From positions 144,958 through 208,957 of the forward strand of contig NMRA01000633.1 in assembly GCA_002633005.1 (NCBI GenBank): a stretch of DNA of 64,000 nucleotides. The letters are read 5' to 3'. Of this stretch, positions 52,960 through 64,000 are shown one piece after another (the first letter of the stretch is position 1; every line of letters begins with the position of its first letter). Under the pieces are notes generated by a model. The model saw only the letters and a program-made list of their open reading frames with translations, made no database searches and had not been told where the DNA came from. The translations under genes and the position numbers were made by a program. The stretch is from Phoronis australis (taxonomy: Eukaryota; Animalia; Phoronida).

Positions 52960-53010
52960 CTGCGCCATTTTCGAATCCGCAATGGGGTAAGGGGATGGCC
53001 GGCCAATCTC
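52960..53010 (-). promoter_or_regulatory. Candidate promoter/TSS region for the large minus-strand gene
   Basis: YY1-type motif AAAATGGCG (minus, 52971-52963) and a CCAAT element at ~53003, in CpG-richer non-repetitive sequence ~1.5 kb upstream of the MK exon. Confidence 0.3.
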
Positions 53011-53499
53011 AATAAACTCTGAAGTGTTTCTAAAATCGCTGTTAAATTTAATACTCTGGTTCGAACAACCGAACAGTGTCCGGCTGTATGAAACAGTTCC
53101 AAACACATGGGCGGCGCACCATACGAGGCAGGGAGGGGCGGCTATAGCCCCGGCTTATTTCAGTGCTACGCCGCCATGGAACAGCGAGTCAGCTAAGTTT
53201 CCTAACTCTACTGCGCACTGGCGTATCCACGGTGGCGCCCAATGGGGCTATGGCCCCACCTACCCAGTTCAACGAAGTTTTTCAACGTGTGTAAGATTGG
53301 GGAACTTGAATATTCTTCAACAAACAAGAAAGTACTTAGAGTGAGCACGTGAGCGCCCGACTGTCAGCGGATAAAGCTGCGGATTTTGCGGGCCTTAAAA
53401 ACAAATAAAGTAAAATCTTCACGTCAGTCTCCATTGGCTTCTTAATCTGTTTCCATACCGTTTGGGAAGAAATTTCGCTGACGCAGGCGTATCGAACGA

Positions 53500-53990
53500 T
53501 AATCACGCGGCAATATTTCGAGGATAAAAAATATATAACAAACTTAGAAATAATTATAAATGTCTGTATTAAGGAGTGTAATTATCTCAGTAACAAAAAT
53601 ACAAAATGGGAAATAGTTTAAATAAGGGAATATATCATGAGGAACTCAAGGATGAAAAAAGAAGAAATCAAAAAATGCTGAGGAAGAAAAGCTGAGAGAA
53701 CTTACAACAGAACTGTGTGAACTAGAACTGGTAAAGGAATTGTTCAGAATTTTGAAAGGGCAAAAACTCATGCGCGCACCCAGGCGGGCTCGGGGGACTC
53801 GAACGAAGCAGATCTGCAATTACTACAAAATCAGAGAGTTCGTGCGCAAATTATAAGAAGTAAGGCCCAGTTAACTGAGGACAGGGAAAGTAGCTCAATT
53901 TTGTTGCTTCATTAGAGAAGAGAATTTAAAGAAATAAAAAATGGGCACATGATAAAAAGTCGCGCTCAAATTAAATCCGAAATAACGAAG
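53500..53990 (+). mobile_element. L1/Tx1-type LINE ORF2 relic (EN-RT linker)
   Basis: LQNQRVRAQIIRSKAQLTEDRESSS, then after a frameshift FVASLEKR. Matches the GAIIRSRAxWxEEGEKSSKYFFxLEK motif; upstream KWE..IREYI. Confidence 0.65.
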
Positions 53991-54349
53991 GAAATCCCAA
54001 AGTGATGTTGAGCAACTGGATGTCTTTTTTAGCGGAGGGTGAATGTTTTGGAGTTTTAAAAATTTGTAAAAATAATAACGTCTCTGGAAAATAACGAGTT
54101 CATAAATGTTTTTGGCATGAAGTAAAAAATCCTTTGCATGAATTATTTGAATAGTTTTAGTTGAGGAATTACTTGCGTGAGAGAGAGAAGGAGCCATAAC
54201 GCTGAAGATGATGTTGAGTAACAGTGTCTAGATAATTGGCGACCATTATCATTACAAGACATTGGTTATGGACTACTACAAAAGTTCTTACAGCCCGTCT
54301 AAATAACATCATGTGAATCAGGTTATTGTTAATAAATAAGTATGATTGC

Positions 54350-54660
54350 TCATGGTCAGGGGCATATTCTTTCAATTTTACACTGGTTTTTAGACGACGG
54401 GTACCGATAATTTTTACTGGACCAAAACAGTTTTGTCAGTAATGGTTTCATTGCATATTATTTTCCTTCAGAATGGGACGCGAAAGCGGGTGATTTCTTG
54501 TCAGGTTCATTGCTTTGCCTGGTGTTGAAGTTATGGCTCATTACATTCGGAAATAACGATTTAATATAAGGCATACATGTTGAAAACTTGCAGTGAAAAT
54601 TCTCCAGTATGTAAGATAAGAATTCTGGCATAAATTGTCTAAACTTTTTTAACATTTTGG
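54350..54660 (-). mobile_element. 3' end relic of a CR1/L2-group LINE
   Basis: ...MPYIKSLFPNVMSHNFNTRQSN resembles the H-x-Y-N-T-R C-terminal motif of these ORF2s. Confidence 0.4.
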
Positions 54661-56159
54661 GTTATTGTCTGACCTATACTACTGCTAAATGTCAAAAATG
54701 TGGAGGGTTATATCTTTTTTTCACTTATTCATTATCATTGATAAACAAGTACAAAAACAAACAAACAAGTACATCCATTCTTTCACGCATAGACGTGGAG
54801 TTAACGTGAACAATAAAATTTTCCCATTTCCCAAAGAAGCTATCATGTACAATATTTTTATGTAAAATTAATTTTTCAGCATTGTAGTACTCAAAAGTAT
54901 ATGTAACAAACTTGTGAATATTAGGTATATTAGCTTGTATCTAGGTGTACAGAAAGAGTGTCCTTACCGATTTCACCGCTTCAAGTGAATTGCCAAACCC
55001 GCCAAGAGCTTGAGTATATTTTTCAGTAATGATAAACCAGAAAATGGTATTTCTTAAATTTTCCGAATTCTCCCAATGTCTGCGGGTAAAAGCCACAGTT
55101 TTTCTTTGCTTGACAGAATTAGTGTAGTGGAAACATATGCACTTCCTAAGAGTCTATGTAGTGAGTAATTTTGGGATGGATAGCGCAAATAAAACGAAGT
55201 TAAACACTATAAAAAATATTGTGTTTGGAAAGATAAACCCATCAGAATTAAAAAAAATAAATAAAATGTGACTGTAAATCTTCATTAACATGATTTTTTC
55301 AGTTCCTGATGTAACTAATATGTTCAAGTCACCAGTAAGGGGGGTTAACCGGTGCAGTTTTCGAAACATATAGTGGGACTCTAATCAAGGTTTAATAAGT
55401 TGTTGTCTCGTGCAAATCTTGGCACCTTTTACCATTACATCTCCATTACTTAGATAGTGACAAAACAATTGGAAATCAGATAGAGTGGAAAAAATTTCAT
55501 AGACAGAAGGCTGTGCCCGAAAGTTTGGATTTTGAAACAAATTTCTGACGTGAGAGATATTGAAGGAACGATATAAGCTTTCACACTGGATTAATCATGC
55601 TGGATTAAAACCTGCAAGAAAGGTGAAGCCTGAGTATTCCAGGTAAAACGTGCAAGACAGGTGAAGCTTGAGTATTCCAGGTAAAACTGCCTACTTTTTC
55701 CAGTTAAATAAACTACTCTGTTTTCAAAGCACATTTTGCTTTCCAAAATTGTCTGGCTTTCAGATATAGAATTCAGTTTGATTGATATTCACCACCGACA
55801 ACAAAGTCAAATTTACTTGCTTCCAGACAAATTCTTGTTGCTTGGGAACTTTCTATTCATTGAAAGGCTTATACAGAAAGTGGTCTGAAAAGCATGCGCA
55901 TCATGAGGAGCACCACGTTTGTGGAATGTGACTTCATCATACTTCTATGGTACGGGATTCAGAAGCTCCTACTCTTCTTAAGTGCACAACACTATTTAAT
56001 CTTCAATAAACTCTAGTTATAGAGAAGTTTTAACATTACACAGGTAGTTCTTATAAGTGTTATGATGCAAAGAAAGATACAACCCATCAAACTGTTTATG
56101 AAGAAACCACTATTACTTTTCGGCAACATTGGTACCATGATTTTAGAAATTAGATGATT

Positions 56160-56228
56160 TGTGTGCCTGTGTGTGCCTGTGTGTGCCTGTGTGTGTGTGT
56201 GTGTGCGTATGTGCGCGCGCGCGCGTGC
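56160..56228. repeat. Compound microsatellite (gtgtgcct)n(gt)n(gc)n
   Basis: Directly visible. Confidence 0.9.
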
Positions 56229-58246
56229 ATGATGTTTTGTCTTACGTGCACGTTATCCTTGATGTGTTTCCTTTATTTGAAGAAATAAAGTGTTATAAAA
56301 CAGCAAAATGATTTCTAGGCTCAAAAATAGATGTATTATACATTACCGTGGAGAGAGGGAACCACCCGTCCGGGACAGTCCCTTCGCGTTCCCAAACTGG
56401 TCCCACCTATTGTAAAACTTCTGGCTCAGTACTGCTGATTCTCGTTTTCTATGCTGTTTGATTGTCATTACTTAGTCAAAATTTTGCTTTGATACAAATC
56501 GAGAGTGAAGTGTACGCTGAATTTTCAATATTATTGAAAATAAGTAGGAATCACGGTGGCATTTTTTGTTTGGTCAGCTAGGCTCTTAACATTCACCTGT
56601 GCCGTGTACCCACGACTCACGCGCAGCAATCTTAGGTGAACGCTTTCCTGTGTGGTAAGTGATTGACCCTGGGGCCGTAGAGTACTCGACGTACGTAACC
56701 AATGAGCTGTCTCAGTCTCATTGTACGCAACCCTGTAGTCCGACTGTGTAGTGGAAGGGATGTCATGTGTGCCCTGCGACAGTTTGTGACACGTCTGGTC
56801 ACCTGTAACTGAAGCCTGCTTCATTCAGCCAAGTACTACGGTCTCTCACTAGTTGCTACAAGGGAGACTGAGTCACTGAGCCGGGTCGGCGCATTGACGG
56901 ATCAGCGATTTCCCTGACGGTGATTGATCGTTCCTCAAGGAATTATTTCAGGACATAAGTAACGTAATGTGGTGTAAATTGTGCTAGTGGCTGATGTTCC
57001 CTGCCACAAAATAACGACAGTAGCAACCTTAGTCATTTATTGAGGAGGTTAAACCCGATGACCCCTACTCTCACCGACGAATTTCAGTAAAAAAATACAA
57101 TTTTGAAAATTTCAAAAATTCAGTTATGAAAACGACGTTCTTCGAAAATGATACCAACCATTTATTTTATTATTTAAATAGGTGCAAACAAAATGATCAC
57201 CGAAAATGAATTACACCGAACTTTACATTTACAGGCATTAGTGATAGTAAAACGCGCAGGGTTTTAATTTACAAAATGGTAGTAATAATTTTAGGAATGT
57301 TCTGTTAAATTGTGCTAAACTGGTCCTTGAACACAAGTGAGATGCCAATTCTTCAACTGTGACCAGCTGTTAACACAGCAAAAATAAACCTGGAAATAAA
57401 TTTGCCACAGAGCGAAATTCGAGATTTCAAAGCCCCAACTCAGAATGAAATGCACTTTTATTAACATTTTGAACAAAGGCCACGTTTTTGAAATATTGTC
57501 CGCATTAGTGACTTTTATTTTAACGAATGATTTTTCTTAAAACCATTTTTCTTCATCGTAAGAAAAAAAATCCTACCCCACAACTCCGGCATGTTCTAAT
57601 TATAATATCAATTTGAGTCTAAGGAACAAAAAGGAACGTAAACTTGTTGAGTTGTTAATTTAAAAGTATGCCGTTATTATGATTAAACGTCACCCATCGA
57701 AGGTTAATATGAACTCGATGTGAGAAAAAATTAACAGTTAGTACTAAATGTTGAAAATCTGTTTACATGATCTTAGAACTGAAATTATGAGTATCAAATG
57801 GGGAAAAAACAGGTAAAGGGATTACGAAAGTCTGTGGACGAACATGTCATGAGTCACGCTAACATCACTTGTACTTCCTGTGCTTAGCCCATAGTTACAA
57901 TGAGCTTCTCAACCAAATTATTCGAAAAGTTATAAGAAAAATGAAACCTAAAATTAATAATTGGAGATCCGTTCTGCCAGTGACTACTATAGAAAATTTT
58001 TATAATAGTACTGTATTTTGCGTTAAATTCAGTGAGTGCAAGCATAATTACATATGTCAGTGTTTTTCTGTCACTGATAATTGTGAGACTAAAGTAGGTG
58101 AAATCACGCTTTTGTTGTACCATTTGTATCGTAACATTTTTAGTCACAACAATTTCTTATTCCTTGTGATGAATGCGCGAAAGTACAGTTACTGTAACTC
58201 ACACAGTGAAGGTAATCACGGTAAACCATAATACGAAACCCATTTT

Positions 58247-58439
58247 CATGGGCGCACCCAGGGGGCGAATTGTGCAAAAAGGTCCGCCTCAGCGAAACAA
58301 AAAGTCCGAGTAAACGACAATTCGTGGGCCTGAACGTAGTGGCCCCGTTTTTTTTTAGTCCTCGTTGATTTCTTTCACTAAAAAGTCCGCACACCGAAAA
58401 ATTCGAGCACCCCTATACTTTAGGCTGAGTGCGCGCATG
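58247..58439. mobile_element. Small GC-ended MITE
   Basis: catgggcgcacccag ... ctgagtgcgcgcatg. A related end (catgcgcgcacccagg) occurs at ~53769. Confidence 0.5.
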
Positions 58440-59551
58440 ATTTTGTTCGATTGTCATTTTTAGCCAGCTCAACAGGGCAAATTGCCTTTTGTCTTAGACT
58501 AGTGGTAAACAGCTTTGCCAACAGTGCATTAGAACGCTACCGCGGGCAATATTGCAGGTTTGATTCCGCGCTAAAGCTGATCTCAGAAACACACGGTTTT
58601 AAACGGATACATTTGCCGATTTAGAAACGGAAGATTTGAGGTGGCACTCAATGCTTTTTGATGGTTTTAGTCTTTGAAAATCAGGTCTGGGCAGCTCCAA
58701 CTTTCTATTCCACAGGGTGTAAAAACAAAAACAACAGCTGGGCCAATGAATTCAAAAGCCCTTCACAAAGTCCACTTCAACCGATTCATAAGTCATTATC
58801 TTCTTTCAAACCTAAGTAAAGCCGTGTACTCAAAAAACACCAATATTGGCCTAATTTGTTGATTTCTCCCAAAGCCACCATTTGCATGTAACTACTGCGA
58901 GCTGGGAGACAGCGTTATATTCTGTCAAAATTTTTAACACTCAAATGAATTAGGTGATTACTGGGTGTCTACCAGCCCGATTTTTCACAAATCTGAAGTG
59001 TGGGACTGGCACTTTAATTTCCCTGATGAATTTCAAATTCCCACCCGCGATTGAGCCGACAAAAAAGTGGGCCATTACGTTACCCTTGCCATCAAAACAC
59101 TAAAAAAGCAGGAAAATGCCATTCGTCGCCTTTACATGCCACAAGAAATCCATCGTGCAAAGCCAATCCAACAGGTGCCAATTTTTTATGAAACTGTGTT
59201 CATTTGCGGCTCATAAAAGCAGTTGGGAGTGCCATCTAAATGCTACCATTCATTTACAAAAAAATTCACGTTTCCAATGCTGGCAGACGAACAGCTCGCG
59301 GTCACGTACCAGAAAGTAGATGTGTAAACAATGTTAAACATAGTTCAGCTACTGACCAAACAGAAATCGATATTTTAGAGTCGAAAATCAGTGGCGTAAA
59401 ATGGAAACAACGAGTCTCAATCTGTCATGTGGTATAAAACGAATATAATTTTAAAAAACATGTCAACATGCCTTTGAAAAACAACCTAGTCACGACAAGC
59501 AATGCGATAGTTAATCTTGCGCCCAGTGGGTAATATGCTTTACTGTAAATA

Positions 59552-59575
59552 TTTATTCATCTAACACCATTTATT
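59552..59575 (-). terminator. Alpha-tubulin polyadenylation signals (two AATAAA)
   Basis: tttatt at 59570-59575 and 59552-59557, i.e. AATAAA on the minus strand ~140-160 nt after the stop. Confidence 0.7.
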
Positions 59576-59711
59576 TGCCGATATATATCATTTGTTGCGC
59601 ATTAGTATTGATAATAGAAAGGACAACCTTTTCAAGTTTCATACTTTTTATTTTTCATCGATCACATGACAAGAAGGTTCAGGGTAAGAGCAGAGTTGTG
59701 GATATTGCAGC

Positions 59712-60931
<1,220 letters not shown>

Positions 60932-61136
60932 TCATGGAAGAGTGCAATGGAACCTGCGGAGGAATGTACTTAAAATCAATACACTGTGGTTGCTAAGTAA
61001 CTCCTGAGTCACCATCAGCTTAACCAAATACAAATTCCAATAATATTCACCAGTGGCCAATTATACAGACAACTTCTCATCATATATAGTAATCACTCAG
61101 TTATTACTTTTTTTTTTTAATCGACTTAATTTGTTA

Positions 61137-61385
<249 letters not shown>

Positions 61386-61749
61386 TTAAGAGTAATGCCA
61401 ACAAGTTCCAGTTTCGCTCTTCAACTTTCCGAGGACATGTGTGACAACGCCCAAAAGAAGCGGGAAAATTAGAGAACGAAAAAAAAGCAAACGATATGCC
61501 GTTCAACTGTCAACTGTAAGTGTGCACAAAAATTGAGTTTTCAACGCGACACCACTCCGGAAACCCCCCGCGATAGTTACCCAGTTTTGACAAGAATTTG
61601 AAACGAAAAATAATATTCCGCTGACTAACAATATGGCCGTCATGACTAAGTAAAAGCCGGCAAGATGAGTCATTATGTTTAAAATCTTATTTTTAACGTC
61701 ATCCAAGGTAGACTTTACAATCAACTCAAAGCATAGAAAGTTTACTTAC

Positions 61750-61752
61750 CAT
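61750..61752 (-). CDS. TUBA: Alpha-tubulin coding exon 1 (ATG only)
   Basis: Minus strand reads ...GAAAATG|gtaagt. An intron directly after the start codon is the canonical metazoan alpha-tubulin structure, and it joins in phase 0 to CGT GAA TGT (MREC). Confidence 0.93.
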
Positions 61753-61859
61753 TTTCGGTAGTTTGGTTCTTTTGTGAAGAGTTAAAAAGCAGAATTTGGC
61801 TTAATAAGCTTAAGTAGAATCTCACTCGTGACTGTGACGGTCGGAGTAAGGAATTCGTA

Positions 61860-61990
61860 TGAGTAACGGACGGCGCAAACACTCTTTTATAGTGACCGTC
61901 GTTAGGGGCATTGAGTGTTGGATACAAAGTATTCATTGGTTCCTAGGATATAGGTCACCTGATAAACAAGGGTAAACACAAGATGATTGG
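61860..61990 (-). promoter_or_regulatory. Alpha-tubulin core promoter (TATA box, Inr-like site, two CCAAT boxes)
   Basis: On the minus strand: TATAAAA at 61891-61885; Inr-like TCATAC with the A at ~61860 (31 nt downstream of the TATA start); CCAAT at 61939-61935 and 61990-61986. Confidence 0.7.
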
Positions 61991-64000
61991 CCGTTGCGTT
62001 ATCGGCTCACCTAGAAGCCGAATCTACTTTTGAATTTCGTAATATTAGGGGTGAACGAGTTACTGAAGTGCAAATAAAATTGTGCCAACTCTACACAACT
62101 GCTTATTTATTCTCATTTTCAATAATAGCTAAACATCGTATAAAGGAAATTGACATGTTGTATTTGAAAAAATGCAAATGAATTATAAATAAATTGAATC
62201 TTTACATCGCCCATACCCATTTCAATAATAACTAAGGCCGAGGTCAATAGTTTGTAGTGTTTTGACGACTCAGCGGTCGCCATGTGCCCCAAGTTGGCTG
62301 ACAATAGTCTTCTTTATGTGGGTGAACAATGCCGACTGAAGGCTGTTAGGTGAGATAGGCTGGGTGAGCCATGGTGCTGCTGTTGGCTGTTTCCATAATG
62401 CATTTTGTTGAAATTTTTGTGCTCGCCATAGCGCACTCATCATTTACGCTGGTTACTGGCCGAGGCCCAGTTAGGGCCTTCTTTTCCGATCTACAAATTT
62501 CATCCCATTAATGAGATCAATAAAATAAATGCCTGTGGGCCGGCCTGGTCACCGGCTGTTACCCATCAATTCGGATATGATTCAATCTGATTAGTTACAA
62601 CGCTTGATCTAAAAATATAATAATAAACACATAGATTAATGTTGGTAAATTGAGCCAGTACCACAAATAATTATAGTAAGGCTTTGAGCTCCTCAGTACA
62701 ATTAAGTTTGTGAGGACTAAGACAATCGTAAGTCAAAACTGGGCGTACGGGGACGATCAAAAGCTGAGACGTCTGTGGTGCGATTTACTCAGTGACGTTT
62801 CCCAAAATCGCTCTTTAGGAGAACCTACGTAGTCGTAATGACCATGCCATAAGGAGTAAGACCTAATACTTGAAGTTTAGAGTCTTGTAACCTAAAAAAC
62901 GTAAGCGCCCAAAGCGTGTGTGGGCCTATAGTATAATGACAAACTATAACCTGTGTGAGACCGGGCCAGTCTAACTCTACGGCCGGCCCGAAAATCGGCA
63001 AATAACAGGCGTGCCCTCCACGAAGACCGCTGCAAAAAAATTTGAGCCTCGTGGCACACTTAAGACTTCTTTAGTTCAACGTTGAAAATGACCCCCTATT
63101 CAATTTTGGTCCATAATTGCCGCCCGTTGACTAAGTTAAAGAACTGTCTTATAAGATTGTGCGGGAACCGACGAAGTTGCGGGTCCCGCTCCGTGTCTAA
63201 TCGACCCCTTAAACATTACGGAGGTCGACCCTATAGGCAGTCAGAGCGGAGGGAGCGGCGCCCTAGGCATCCACTGAGGGCATAGGGGCCTCCAAACAGT
63301 GAGGAGGGGCAGGCCCGGGGTATTACCATATGTGGGGTATACGGGGTGTGCCACCCGGAAGGGACACGTTTCCGGCCATAGTCTCTACAAAACGGTACAT
63401 TTTTCGTAAAAGTCTCTAGGGAAAGGTACAATATTTTCGTTAAAATCAATGCAAAAGGGTAACATTTTTACCACAAATTTCTACGGAAGCCGGGTGTGAT
63501 TTAGTCCCGCTTCTGAGACTTAACACTCTGGGCCGTAGGAAGCGGGGGGGGGGGCGTGCCCCCCCAGATTTGCAGGCGTCAGGGTTAAACCGTGGCAACC
63601 GACATAGACTTGGGGCCGGGAACAGTCGAGAAAAGAAATACTACTAATACGGATAAGATAAAAATTCAGGAGAACATTTGACAAGTCAGTACTCAGTGCA
63701 TGATTTACCCTTTGGGGGCCCTGGCCAGGACATTGTTGTTAGGGTCTCCGTTTTTGCTGCATACATGAAAGTCGTCTAAACGCACTTCAAAACGTGCACT
63801 TTATCATTCATACGTGTATTTCAAAAAATCGAGAAAATTTGTTAAGCGAAGCTTTTGAGGAGCATATTAATTCACTAGATTTTAAATTCAATAAGACGGC
63901 ATTGCAAAACTATATTTTCCAGAACCCCTTCTCTAGCAAAGGGCAACAAAGACATCTGTCACTCTATTTTTTATGTTTTTTTTGTATCACTTGAGAAAAT

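Overview
Eukaryotic (metazoan, probably marine invertebrate) genomic DNA. It is AT-rich and repeat-dense, with one 716-N assembly gap (26676-27391). Two protein-coding genes are supportable, both on the minus strand. (1) A complete 3-exon alpha-tubulin gene (61752->59712, 451 aa, MREC...EEY) with TATA, CCAAT and polyA signals. (2) The 5' part of a large gene missed by the ORF track. Five phase-compatible GT-AG coding exons (51505-51500, 44580-44452, 18433-18347, 9339-9276, 4845-4766) splice to MKEEVSVNNKEVTVNGINI(N9)MAENGDAKQTLNKEEEQGGSPGLSKVAGTSPQKVQPQPAGSYSPRQQGRPAFVQKRNAMSPTSYQCSGWSSSPYVQRGARYPHPAAAYGSYAQP, and the gene presumably continues off the left edge. This low-complexity N-terminus is loosely reminiscent of Shep/RBMS RNA-binding proteins. 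Its introns are packed with nested non-autonomous DNA transposons: two TTAA-flanked Kolobok-like elements (THAP and KolX-like relics), two pogo-like TA-flanked families (one as a 2.4-kb inverted pair plus a 159-bp MITE), a ~5.5-kb Harbinger-like element, a hAT relic, Helentron/HINE-like elements, and a 1.4-kb CAC-ended element with a 5-bp TSD (Transib/RAG-transposon-like signature). LINE relics and many minisatellites are also present. No rRNA, intact tRNA or CRISPR was seen. Almost all other listed ORFs are spurious. All alignments were done by eye and family calls are unverified by database search.
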